Positions 27,208-36,876 of a stretch of DNA of 64,000 nucleotides are shown one piece after another (position 1 is the first letter of the stretch; every line of letters starts with the position of its first letter). The DNA is from Planctomycetota bacterium (GTDB lineage: Bacteria > Planctomycetota > GCA-002687715 > CAIWVZ01), in the NCBI GenBank assembly GCA_044222185.1, contig JBGANV010000001.1:2016001-2080000 (forward strand). Direction: 5' to 3'. The translations under genes and the position numbers were made by a program. The notes beneath the pieces were generated by a model that ran no database searches, was not told the origin of the DNA, and worked only from the letters and a program-made list of their open reading frames with translations.

Positions 27208-28551
27208 ATGGCCAACTTCATCTCGAGGCGCGCCTTGTCTCGCCGGACGTTCCTGCGCGGGATCGGTGCGGCCATCTCTCTCCCGTGGTTGGACGCCATG
27301 ACGCCCGCCCTCGCTCCGTTCGGTGCCCGAAGGCATCGAGGGTCACCTGCGCGGGCCATGTTCGTGTTCCACCCGAACGGCCAGAGTCTCCCCGACTTCT
27401 TCCCTGCCACCGAGGGGACCGATGTCCGGCTTCCGTTCATCCTCGAACCCCTCGAACCCGTGAAGCGGCATCTGACCGTCGTCTCGGGGCTGGGCCTCGA
27501 CGCAGCGCTCGCCCACGGCGACGGCCCGGGCGACCATGCCCGTGCTGCAGCGAGCTTCCTCACGTGCGTGCATCCCAAGAAGACGGGGGGCGCCGACATC
27601 CGCGCGGGCGTCTCCGTCGATCAGCTCATCGCAGCGAAGGTTGGAGGCGCGACGCGCCTCCCGTCGATCGAGATTGGATGCGAGGGAGGCCGCCTCGCCG
27701 GGAACTGCGATTCGGGCTACGCCTGCGCGTACGTGAACAACATCTCCTGGCGCTCGCCCTCGGCGCCGATGACGAAGGAGTCGAGCCCCCGCCGCATCTT
27801 CGAACGGCTCTTCGGAATCGACGCGTCCGCAGCGGATGGCGAGGCACGAGATCGCCGCATGCGCAACCGCCTGTCGATCCTCGATTTCGTGAGGGATGAC
27901 GCCGCGGCCCTGCGCTCATCGCTCGGCTCGGAGGATCGCCCCCGGCTCGACGAGTTCCTCACGTCACTCCGCGAAATCGAGCGGCGCGTCGCAGATCACG
28001 ACGCGGCGGGCAAGCCGCCGCCGGCGCCGGAGTTTCCCGCGGAGATGGACTACCCCACGCATCTGAAGCTGCTCTACGACCTCGCGGCGATGGCGCTGCA
28101 GTCGGATGCGACACGGGTCATCACGCTGATGGTCGCCAACGGCGGAAGCAACCGCAGCTATCCCTTCGCCGGAGCCCGAGACGGGCATCACGATCTGTCT
28201 CACCACGGCGGCGATCCGAAGAAGATCGACGGCGTGAGGCGGATCAATCGCTTCCACGCCGAGAACTTGGCCCGCTTCCTCGCGAAGCTCGACACGACGA
28301 AGGAAGGCGACGGCACCTTGCTCGAGCGATCGACCGTGCTCTACGGTTGTGGAATCGCCGACGGCGATCGCCACGACCACAAGAACCTCCCGATTCTCGT
28401 CGCGGGCGGCGGCACCGCCACGCCGCTGGGCGCCCGCCACTTGCGCGCACCCCTCGGGACGCCCCTCGCGAACCTGCACCTCGCCGTCATGGATCGCATG
28501 AACGTGCGTCAGGCGAGCTTCGCCGACAGCACGGGCCGCATCGAACTCTGA
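27208..28551 (+). CDS. DUF1552 family protein (Tat-exported)
   Basis: SRRTFLRG..LPWLDAM, GVSVDQ, CDSGYACAY, HHDLSHH, HDHKNLP; usual partner of DUF1592. Confidence 0.92.
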   Translation: MANFISRRALSRRTFLRGIGAAISLPWLDAMTPALAPFGARRHRGSPARAMFVFHPNGQSLPDFFPATEGTDVRLPFILEPLEPVKRHLTVVSGLGLDAALAHGDGPGDHARAAASFLTCVHPKKTGGADIRAGVSVDQLIAAKVGGATRLPSIEIGCEGGRLAGNCDSGYACAYVNNISWRSPSAPMTKESSPRRIFERLFGIDASAADGEARDRRMRNRLSILDFVRDDAAALRSSLGSEDRPRLDEFLTSLREIERRVADHDAAGKPPPAPEFPAEMDYPTHLKLLYDLAAMALQSDATRVITLMVANGGSNRSYPFAGARDGHHDLSHHGGDPKKIDGVRRINRFHAENLARFLAKLDTTKEGDGTLLERSTVLYGCGIADGDRHDHKNLPILVAGGGTATPLGARHLRAPLGTPLANLHLAVMDRMNVRQASFADSTGRIEL

Positions 28552-28557
28552 CGCGGG

Positions 28558-29670
28558 TCAGAACACGACGTACGAGTTGGCGAGGCCGGGACCGAAGACC
28601 GCGGGAACGAACGTCACGGTCGATCCGGACAGGTCCCATCCGGCGAGGTAGACGGCGTTCACGCCTTCGAGGCCGATCGCGCTGTATCCGGCGAAACTCC
28701 CGCCGAACGCCACGGGTCGCAGGCTCGGGACGACGTGCGGCGGCGCGGCCGATCCACCCTTCGTGATGCCCACGAGCCCGTCACCGCCGATCTGCGTTTG
28801 AAGTCCGGCCGGGTAGTTGAGCGTGATCGCCCCCGTCGCCACGTCGTACTGCGCGGAAAACGTGTTCGACCCGCCGAGCGTGTACTCACCGACCGAGTTG
28901 TAGCGGACGATCCAACCGGTGGGCCCTTCCGTGTAGACGCACGACCCACCGCTCGAGATCAGGAAGTTGTAGTCGTCCCAGTTCGGGGCGATTCGCGGCG
29001 CGCCCGTGTTCATGGCGGCCTGCGTCTCCAGGTACGTGGTCGCGTCGCCGGCGCCGAACGTGATGTTCCCGTTCGAGTTCACGAACATCGACGTGTACGT
29101 CGTGTCGTAGAACGTCGTCGACGAGACGTACGGACCGTGCGTCACGCTGACCGTGGTGTCGTCACCCTGCCCGAGGATCGTGTTGACGCCGCACAGCCCC
29201 GTGAAGGTCGTCGCAGCGCTGAGCGTCAAACCGAACGGCGACGCGGGCGACGCCACGGCGACCTGGAACGTGTTCGTGGACTGCATGTAGGCGTTGCAGA
29301 TCGGGAACGTGAACGAGGCCGTGCCCGTGCCCGTGTTCGCGAGGAGGTCCATGAGCCCGCCTGTCGAGAACGAAAGGCCGTCGGCCCAGATGTGCAGCGG
29401 GTTGGCGAGGTTCAGGTCGACCTGTCCGCCGAATACCGGGATGCCGACGGGCGAGGCGGCACCACTGGTCGCGGCCAGGAGAAAGCCGGCGCTCGGAGCC
29501 CCCGTGACGCTGAAGCTCACCGTCGTCCCGACCGTGTTGGTGATGATCGGCCCGGTGCCCGCGGCCGGGTGGTTGTGGTTGTCGAACACCGCCGTTGCGG
29601 CGGCCGAGTTCGGCTGCTGGGCGACGAGCACACAGGACAGAATTGACACGGCGACGAGGGCGCGATTCAT
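28558..29670 (-). CDS. Secreted protein with N-terminal Ig-like module and NIDO-like domain
   Basis: AAGGAG RBS, signal peptide; FYDTTYTSMFVNSNGNITFG and PRIAPNWDD are nidogen-like motifs. Confidence 0.75.
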   Translation of the reverse strand: MNRALVAVSILSCVLVAQQPNSAAATAVFDNHNHPAAGTGPIITNTVGTTVSFSVTGAPSAGFLLAATSGAASPVGIPVFGGQVDLNLANPLHIWADGLSFSTGGLMDLLANTGTGTASFTFPICNAYMQSTNTFQVAVASPASPFGLTLSAATTFTGLCGVNTILGQGDDTTVSVTHGPYVSSTTFYDTTYTSMFVNSNGNITFGAGDATTYLETQAAMNTGAPRIAPNWDDYNFLISSGGSCVYTEGPTGWIVRYNSVGEYTLGGSNTFSAQYDVATGAITLNYPAGLQTQIGGDGLVGITKGGSAAPPHVVPSLRPVAFGGSFAGYSAIGLEGVNAVYLAGWDLSGSTVTFVPAVFGPGLANSYVVF

Positions 29671-29833
29671 GGGGAACTCCTTCGTGCGCGAGGTCGTGGC
29701 GACGACTCGCGCCAGGCGGCAGGGCGAACGATCGACGAAATGCGCGGCGAGAAAACGACCGTCGGTGCCCGCCGCGCCGGCGGAGTCTACAGCCGCCTGT
29801 CGGGTGAATTCCACGTTTCGCGCCGCGGTGCGG

Positions 29834-30676
29834 CTACTTCCCAGGCCTGTACAGCTGCACCGGTCCGTTGATGTCGAAGGAGTTTTCGGGGCCCGGGAAA
29901 CGCCCGTTGCGGACGTCATCCGCGTAACGACGAGCGCCTTCGCGAACGACCTGCGAGACGTTGCCGTAACGGCGCGCGTGCTTGGGGAGGAAGTCCTCGT
30001 ACATCCCCATGATGTCGTGGAAGACCTGGACCTGGCCGTCGCAGCCGGGTCCCGCGCCGATGCCGATCGTGGGGATCGTGAGCATCTTCGAGATCTGGTC
30101 TGCGAGTGGAGCCGGCACGAGTTCGAGAACGATGGCGAAGGCGCCAGCCTTCTCCAGCGCCTGGGCGGCGGCCATCAGGCGGTCCGCGGCTTCCTGCGTC
30201 CGGCCCTGGACGCGATATCCGCCGATCATGTGGATCGACTGCGGCGTGAGACCGATGTGCCCCATCACGGGAATGCCGGAGGCGACCAGTGTGCCCACCA
30301 CGGGCGCCATGCGACGCCCACCCTCCACCTTCACGGCCTGCGCGCCACCTTCACTCATCGCGCGTCCCGCCGTGCGAAGGCTCAGCGGAAGATCGGAAGC
30401 CGAATACGTCGCGAAGGGCAGGTCGATGACGATCATGGCGTTCTTCGTGCCGCGCGCGACGGCCGCCGAATGGTGGATCACCATGTCGAGCGTGACGCGG
30501 AGCGTCGAGTCGTGCCCGAGAACCACCATGCCCAACGAGTCGCCCACGAGCATGATGGGCACGCCCACCTCGTCCAGGATCTTCGCCGACGTGTAGTCGT
30601 AGCACGTGACCATGGGGATCTTGGCGCCCTGTTCCTTCATCGTCCGCAGGTCGTGGATCGTCGTGCGATGCGTCAT
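29834..30676 (-). CDS. panB: 3-methyl-2-oxobutanoate hydroxymethyltransferase
   Basis: TCYD, LVGDSLGMV, AVKVEGG, GHIGLTPQ, IGIGAG..CDGQVQV. Confidence 0.97.
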   Translation of the reverse strand: MTHRTTIHDLRTMKEQGAKIPMVTCYDYTSAKILDEVGVPIMLVGDSLGMVVLGHDSTLRVTLDMVIHHSAAVARGTKNAMIVIDLPFATYSASDLPLSLRTAGRAMSEGGAQAVKVEGGRRMAPVVGTLVASGIPVMGHIGLTPQSIHMIGGYRVQGRTQEAADRLMAAAQALEKAGAFAIVLELVPAPLADQISKMLTIPTIGIGAGPGCDGQVQVFHDIMGMYEDFLPKHARRYGNVSQVVREGARRYADDVRNGRFPGPENSFDINGPVQLYRPGK

Positions 30677-30836
30677 GTGTGAGCCTTGGGACCGCGCGTC
30701 GCACGGCCCGGACGCGCAGGCTATGCGGGCCGCGCTCCCATGTAAAGCCCGATCGCGTCCACCGAGAACGAAGCGACGCTCCCACGAAACGAAGTTCGCG
30801 AGGGAGCGTCGAGGACGATCGGTCGAGGAGATGGCC

Positions 30837-31922
30837 TCAGATCGGCTGCGCGCGATAGAGGTGAGCCCCCGCCCAGCAGGACTGGTGGCACCACAGGTAG
30901 GAATCGTTCAGGTGATCGACGAGACAGGTCAGGCCCTGAAACGAGTACCCGGCAGGAAGGCCCGAGCCCGCGAGCGCCGCGTTCGCGACGTCGAGGATCT
31001 GGCGAACGGTCAGTCCGTTCAGTGAATCGCCCGGCTTGACGAACACGAGGTCGCCGAATCCGGGCGCGAGTCCGATCTGCCCGGTGTCGCTGTACCGGAC
31101 GTTCAGGGTGAGCCCCGCGACCTCGCGCCCGAGGGTGCCGCCTCCCGAGCTGTAGGACGAGTTCACCGTGTCGGCGCAGAAGGCGCCCGAGGTGCTGCCG
31201 CAACCGCACAAGTAGGCTCGCAGCGCGTACAGGCCGCACCAGTTCGGAGTGAATTTCTTTCCGTTCGGCGGGCACGACCCGGTCGAGAGATCGTAGTCAC
31301 CGACCTCGAGTCCGTTGGGAAAGCGCGACGCGTAGGTGCAGTTGAGGAGTTGCGAAAGGCTGCACGAGCTGCCCCATTGACACCGCGTGTAGGTGCAGAA
31401 CGGTGGCGACGACGGCGGAACGCCGTTGGGGGGACCGGGAGGATCGAATCCCATCACGAGCGAGATGCCGTTGGAGACGAAGCCCGAGAGCGAGTCGATC
31501 TGAACCGAGCCGGGGCCGGTGCCGGCTATGAAGCACTGGGCGTAACAGACGGCGCCAGGTGTGAAACCAACGAGGTAGACGGTGGGGATCGTGACCAGGA
31601 ACTCGCCTTTCGGGCCCGTCACCCCTGTGAACACGTAGCCCGTGGTGTCCGCCCACTGGAGGCAGTCACCGCCCAGGCTGCGCGGCGCCCACGAAGGCGG
31701 AGGACTGACCCACAACGCGATCGACGCATTCGGATGATCGCTCGTCACGAACATCGTCATGTCGCTGGTGAGGAGCGGTAGCGTCGAGTTGAGGTTCGGG
31801 AATGGTGATCCGCACGCACCACCAAGCTGCAGGACCTGCGCATCCTGAGCACACAACGTCGCGGAGAGGAGCGCAGCGATCAGGACGTGACGGCGAACGG
31901 GGTGGACGGCGAGCTTGGACAT
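30837..31922 (-). CDS. Secreted hypothetical protein (Ig-like module plus Cys-rich uncharacterised domain)
   Basis: Signal peptide ..LCA|QD; long open frame with host-like codon use. Confidence 0.75.
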   Translation of the reverse strand: MSKLAVHPVRRHVLIAALLSATLCAQDAQVLQLGGACGSPFPNLNSTLPLLTSDMTMFVTSDHPNASIALWVSPPPSWAPRSLGGDCLQWADTTGYVFTGVTGPKGEFLVTIPTVYLVGFTPGAVCYAQCFIAGTGPGSVQIDSLSGFVSNGISLVMGFDPPGPPNGVPPSSPPFCTYTRCQWGSSCSLSQLLNCTYASRFPNGLEVGDYDLSTGSCPPNGKKFTPNWCGLYALRAYLCGCGSTSGAFCADTVNSSYSSGGGTLGREVAGLTLNVRYSDTGQIGLAPGFGDLVFVKPGDSLNGLTVRQILDVANAALAGSGLPAGYSFQGLTCLVDHLNDSYLWCHQSCWAGAHLYRAQPI

Positions 31923-32223
31923 CGAGTGGTTGGCTCCGTTGGTGAATGACCTGCGAGTGTCGGGGCCGACGCCTCGAATTGCGGCCCCGTCGAGCGGAGA
32001 CCGAGGCCTCCGGTCGGACGTATGCGGCTCGATCGAGCCGGCGATCGTCGCGAACACGGGAGCATACCCCGCAAGCAACCTCGACGCGGCCGCTCGGCGT
32101 GGTCCTTCTCGGCTGGGGAGATGAGTGACCGCGCGAGCTACAGTGCGCCCATCGAATCGCGTGGGAATCTTCCGGCACGTCGCCGTTGCGGGTCATCCAC
32201 GCAGGGATTCAAGGAGCCTGTCG

Positions 32224-32631
32224 ATGTCGAAAGTGGTGAACCTCGAGAGCGCGCGGCGCGTGATCGTCGCCGCCGAGAAGCGCGCGAAGAAAATCAAACA
32301 GCCGATGAACATTGCCGTGGTCGACGCCGGTGGAAATCTCGTCGCGCACGTTCGCATGGACGGGGCCTGGATCGGCTCGATCGACATCTCGATCACGAAG
32401 GCCTTCACCTCGCGCGCGTTCGACATCTCGACGAAGGACCTGGCCCCGCACTGCCAGCCCGGCGCGCAGTTCTATGGCATCCAGGGCAGCAACGGCGGCA
32501 AGATCCGAATCTTCGCCGGTGGGCTTCCGCTGAAGGATGAGACGGGCGCCGTCGTCGGCGCCGTGGGAGTCAGCGGCGGCAGCGGTGACCAGGACCAGGA
32601 CGTCGCCGAGGCCGGAGCCGCGGCGTTCTGA
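32224..32631 (+). CDS. GlcG/HbpS family heme-binding protein
   Basis: NIAVVDAGG..RMDGA..SIDIS..KAFT, FAGGLP, GAVGVSGG..QD; AAGGAG RBS. Confidence 0.93.
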   Translation: MSKVVNLESARRVIVAAEKRAKKIKQPMNIAVVDAGGNLVAHVRMDGAWIGSIDISITKAFTSRAFDISTKDLAPHCQPGAQFYGIQGSNGGKIRIFAGGLPLKDETGAVVGAVGVSGGSGDQDQDVAEAGAAAF

Positions 32632-32991
32632 TGCGAGTCGCCCGGCCGCGCGGGCGGCCGGGGCTCGTCGCGGCGCCCCGCGATCTCGCGCCGGGTTCGA
32701 ACACCCTTCGCCGCGAGGACCGTCGCGCGGCGCCGCGATGCAGGCATCGCGCGACCCAAGCCGTGCGGGTGCACCGGGTCCCCACTGCGCGTCGGTCCAT
32801 CCAGGCGCGGCGTCGCCGGGCCATCGCTCGACTGACGGAGCAACGACGCACGAGCGTTTCCGATGAAGCACCTGGCGCGTCACCACACGAAGGCGAGGTG
32901 CGCGCCGCGGATGCGCTGCTTCCATGGAACGGAGCGTCCATCCGTAGGCGTTCGCCTCGGAGTCTTCGACGTGAGAAGGCACACACCGTGC

Positions 32992-33414
32992 GTGAGGCTG
33001 CTTCTGGCCCTCGTCGTCCTGAGTCTCTCGTTTGCCGGATGCGGGCGCACGCAACCGTCGCCCTCCGAGAGGCTCCTCGGTGAATGGACGAACTCGGAGC
33101 GTCTGATCGCCGCCACCCCGGGAGAGGTCCGCATCACCTTCGAAGCCGGCGGAACCGCCCGCATCGCCTTCGATCGACACAGGTACGTGTTTCCGTTCGA
33201 CACGTTCCGCTGGTCCGTCGTCGGGCCGGAGCTGGTGATCAAGTTCGGAAACCCTCCGTGGCCCACTCCCAAGGCGGAGGAGGACTTGACGTTCCGCATG
33301 ACGCTCGCGTTCGAGGGCGATCACCTCGTTGCGCGAGGGTCGAAGCCGTCGATCTTCCAGCGAGTCGCGCTGCGACGAGTTCCCTCGGGAACGCCGCGAC
33401 CTGCGGACCGTTGA
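32992..33414 (+). CDS. Hypothetical lipoprotein
   Basis: GTG start, LLLALVVLSLSFAGC lipobox, LLGEW lipocalin-like start. Confidence 0.6.
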   Translation: MRLLLALVVLSLSFAGCGRTQPSPSERLLGEWTNSERLIAATPGEVRITFEAGGTARIAFDRHRYVFPFDTFRWSVVGPELVIKFGNPPWPTPKAEEDLTFRMTLAFEGDHLVARGSKPSIFQRVALRRVPSGTPRPADR

Positions 33415-33586
33415 GCACCAACGCGACGGTGGGGCGGGGCCAGGCCCCCGGGAAATCCACCGGGCCGCGCGGCGCGGCCCGACGGCCCGGGCGCCCCGCG
33501 GCCATTGGCTTGGAGACGTCACCGCTTGGCGGAAGCTGGCGAAACCGATGGCGTCCGAGCGCGGGGTCCGCTCACCTGGCCGGCGT

Positions 33587-35095
33587 CTACTTCCCTGAGT
33601 TCTTCTTCGCTTCGCTCAGCCCGTCGAGCGAGACGCGACGCTTGGGATCCTGGGCGAGCACCTTCTCGAAGAGCGGAATCGCCTCTTCGTACTTCCCGAG
33701 CTTGTTCATGCACTTGCCCAGGTTTTCGAGGGCGTCGATCCACGTGGGATTGAGGGCAAGCGCCTTGCGGTAGAACTCGATCCCCTTCTCCATGTTGCCC
33801 AGGTTGTAGTGGTGGATGACGCCCAGGTCATTCACGACTCCTGCCTTCTCCGACGGCGAGGCGTTGGGGTCGGCCTGCACGAGCTTGGCGGCCTTCTCGT
33901 AGTAGCCGAGAGACTTCTCGTTCTTCGCACGCGCTTCGTCCCTCTTGCCGCGCATGGAGTCGGCCCAGTCTCGATAGGCGAGCCCCAGGTTGTTCATCGT
34001 GTGCCAGTCGGATTCACCCGCGGGCAGGGCGTACTTCTCGAGGAACTCCGTCCCCTTCGCGAACTCGTTGTTCTGGAGGAAGCCCTCGAAGGCGACGCGG
34101 TTCAGTTGCGAGAGGGGGCTCGTCGCGGGATCCGGCCACTCGGCCTGGAGCTTCATCGCCGTCGCGAACCACTCCCCCGCCTTGGCGGGTTCGTTCTTGC
34201 GGCCGTGGGCCATGCCGAGTTCGAGGGCCGCGCCCGCGTGGTTCTTGCCTGAGAGCTCGAAGCACTTCGTGTAGTTCGTGATGGCTTCGTCGTCGTTCTT
34301 TTCGATGCCGCGCACGTAGCCCATCCAGAGGTACGCGAGCGGGTCGTTGGCATGAGCCGTCGCCCACGCCTTCGCGAGTTCGTAGGTCTCCGCGAACTTG
34401 CCAGCCGAGAGGAGCTTGTCGCTCACGAGCGCCATGAGGTCCCCGCCGAAGCCGGCGGCGAGGTTCTTGGCCATGAGGCCTTTCTTCACGGTCTCCACGG
34501 CTTTGCCCTGGTTCTCGGCCGCCACGTGCGACCGCGCGAGCGCGAAGAAGTACTCGCTGTTGTCAGGCTTCAGCGCGACGAGCTTCTCGAGAACGGCGAT
34601 CGACTCCGCCGCCTTGCTCTGCCCGTACAGGGCGTAGCCCTTCCACTCGAGCGCCTCGGGATCGTCGGCCTTCAGAGCGAGGGCCTTGTCGAATGCCGCG
34701 ACGGCCTGCTCGAAGAACGCGTTCACCTTCCCGCCGCTCGCCAGCTTGTCGGACTTGGCGCCTTCCGCTTCCTGGCAGTGAGCCTTCCCCACCAGGAAAT
34801 GAGCGTCGTAGTTCTTCGGGTCGAGGTCCGTCGCGCGCGCCGCGAACGTCCCGCACTTGCCGAACTCGCCCATGCCGAAGTTGGCCTTGGCCCGCAGCAA
34901 CACGGCTTCCGCATTCTCGTGGACGAGCTTGGCGACGCCGGCCAGTGCGTTCTCGGCGTCCTCGTACTTCTCGGCGGCGATGGCTGCCTTCGCGGCGGCG
35001 ACGGCGTCTGCGAGCTTCTTCTTGTCGTCATCCTGCGCTCGCGCTTGCGGGACGACTGACAGAACGAGGAGGGCGGCGAACAAGAGCTTCTTCAT
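33587..35095 (-). CDS. Secreted tetratricopeptide-repeat protein
   Basis: MKKLLFAALLVLSVVPQARA|QD; multiple TPR consensus repeats (e.g. ALENLGKCMNKLGKYEEAIPLFEKVLAQDP). Confidence 0.9.
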   Translation of the reverse strand: MKKLLFAALLVLSVVPQARAQDDDKKKLADAVAAAKAAIAAEKYEDAENALAGVAKLVHENAEAVLLRAKANFGMGEFGKCGTFAARATDLDPKNYDAHFLVGKAHCQEAEGAKSDKLASGGKVNAFFEQAVAAFDKALALKADDPEALEWKGYALYGQSKAAESIAVLEKLVALKPDNSEYFFALARSHVAAENQGKAVETVKKGLMAKNLAAGFGGDLMALVSDKLLSAGKFAETYELAKAWATAHANDPLAYLWMGYVRGIEKNDDEAITNYTKCFELSGKNHAGAALELGMAHGRKNEPAKAGEWFATAMKLQAEWPDPATSPLSQLNRVAFEGFLQNNEFAKGTEFLEKYALPAGESDWHTMNNLGLAYRDWADSMRGKRDEARAKNEKSLGYYEKAAKLVQADPNASPSEKAGVVNDLGVIHHYNLGNMEKGIEFYRKALALNPTWIDALENLGKCMNKLGKYEEAIPLFEKVLAQDPKRRVSLDGLSEAKKNSGK

Positions 35096-35346
35096 CGACG
35101 ATCTCTCCGTGGGTGGATCGCGCGGATCCGCCATCGTCCCCTGTCGCGTCGCCATCTGACTGGCGCGCCCGGCCGGGATCGCGTGTGATCCGCCGCCTGC
35201 ATCGGCCGGGCTCGAGCGCGGTTCGCTCATCACTCGACTGCGACGGTGGACGAATCTGGCGGCACGCGCGGCGGCATGGTATCACCCCGGGCCCCGGCCG
35301 GAAAACACCTCAAACGGGGTCGGGCGTCACAGAAGGAGCCTGTTTC

Positions 35347-36819
35347 ATGGCCGCCGAACAGTCCGGCGATCAACGCGAGGTTCGTGTCGCCAAGCTCTCG
35401 CGCCTGCGTGCGCTCGGCATCAACCCCTACCCCGAACGTTTCGAGCGGACCCACAAACTCGCCGAGGCCCGTGCGCTCCCCGCCGGCACGGCGCCCGTGC
35501 GGGTCGCGGGGCGCGTGATGATGTTCCGCGTGCTCGGCAAGCTGTCCTTCGCGACGCTCCAGGACGAGACCGGCCGCTGCCAGGTCTCCGTTTCCCAGGA
35601 CGATCTCGGCGAGGAGTTCTACAAGGAGAACTGGAAGAAGCTCGTCGACAACGGCGACTTCGTCGGCATCGAGGGCGAGGCGTACATCACGAAGACGAAC
35701 GAGCCGACGATCCGTGCTCGGACGGTCACGTTCCTCGGGAAGACCCTCAGGCCGCTGCCCGAGAAGTGGCACGGGCTCACCGATCGCGAGTCGTGCTATC
35801 GCCAGCGGTACCTCGACCTCGTCATGAACCGCGAGACGATGGATCGGTTCCTCTTCCGGGCCCGTCTCGTGCGATCCATGCGGACGTTCCTCGAGAACGA
35901 CGGGTTCATCGAGATCGACACCCCCATCCTCTCGACGAAGGCGTCAGGCGCCGCTGCCCGCCCGTTCAAGTCGAAGCACAACGCGCTCGGCATCGACGTC
36001 TTCCTGCGCATCGCGCCGGAGACCTACCTGAAGCGCGCCGTCGTCGGCGGGTTCGACAAGGTGTTCGAGTTCGCGCGCTGCTTCCGCAACGAAGGCATGG
36101 ACCCGTCCCACCTGCAGGACTTCACCATGCTCGAGTGGTACGCGGCGTACTGGAACTACGTCGACAACATGAAGTTCACCGAGCGGATGGTGCAGCACGT
36201 GCTGCAGGAGACGCTCGGCACCCAGGTCGTGGAGATCCGAGGCCAGAAGATCGACTTCTCGGGGTCGTGGCCCCGGGTCACGTTCCGCGACCTGATCCGG
36301 CAGGACTGCGGAATCGACATCGAGGACTACCAGGACGTCGTGGCCCTGCGCGCGGAGATCAAGCGCCGCGCCATCCACCTGGACGAGGACATCGAGAAGC
36401 TCGGCCGCGGAAACCTCATCGACACGCTCTACAAGAAGGTGTCGCGCCCGAAGCTCACCGGCCCGCTCTTCCTCTGCGAGCACCCCATCGACCTGTCGCC
36501 GCTCGCGCGGCGCAACGACCACGTGGCGCATCTCACGGATCGCTTCCAGGTCGTCGTCTGCGGATGGGAGATCGTCAACGCCTATTCGGAACTCGTCGAC
36601 CCCATCGATCAGCGGCAACGGTTCGAGGAGCAGGCCGCGTTGAAGGCCGGCGGCGACGAAGACGCCATGGACATGGACGAGGACTACCTCCTCGCCATGG
36701 AGCACGGGATGCCGCCCATCTCGGGGTTCGGCATGGGCATCGATCGATTCTGCGCGCTTCTCACGAACTCGGACAACCTGCGGGACGTTGTGCTGTTCCC
36801 GCTGATGAAGCCGACCTGA
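35347..36819 (+). CDS. lysS: Lysine--tRNA ligase (class II)
   Basis: OB-fold VAGRVM, PLPEKWHGL, YRQRYLDL, GAAARPF, FRNEG, YSELVDP, GMGIDR, VVLFP. Confidence 0.97.
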   Translation: MAAEQSGDQREVRVAKLSRLRALGINPYPERFERTHKLAEARALPAGTAPVRVAGRVMMFRVLGKLSFATLQDETGRCQVSVSQDDLGEEFYKENWKKLVDNGDFVGIEGEAYITKTNEPTIRARTVTFLGKTLRPLPEKWHGLTDRESCYRQRYLDLVMNRETMDRFLFRARLVRSMRTFLENDGFIEIDTPILSTKASGAAARPFKSKHNALGIDVFLRIAPETYLKRAVVGGFDKVFEFARCFRNEGMDPSHLQDFTMLEWYAAYWNYVDNMKFTERMVQHVLQETLGTQVVEIRGQKIDFSGSWPRVTFRDLIRQDCGIDIEDYQDVVALRAEIKRRAIHLDEDIEKLGRGNLIDTLYKKVSRPKLTGPLFLCEHPIDLSPLARRNDHVAHLTDRFQVVVCGWEIVNAYSELVDPIDQRQRFEEQAALKAGGDEDAMDMDEDYLLAMEHGMPPISGFGMGIDRFCALLTNSDNLRDVVLFPLMKPT

Positions 36820-36876
36820 TGCGGCTCCGCGAGGTGCGCCCGGGAGCGCGACGACGCCGCGCTCCCGTGGCCTCGT

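Noticed and set aside
33430-33500. GC-rich hairpins between convergent genes
   Set aside because: No U-tract; such hairpins are expected by chance at this GC content.
3200-33589. Genome-wide TAG reassignment to explain the split protease
   Set aside because: The nonaheme, ccsA, parA, panB and TPR genes all end at TAG at their expected C-termini; no pyl genes in the window.
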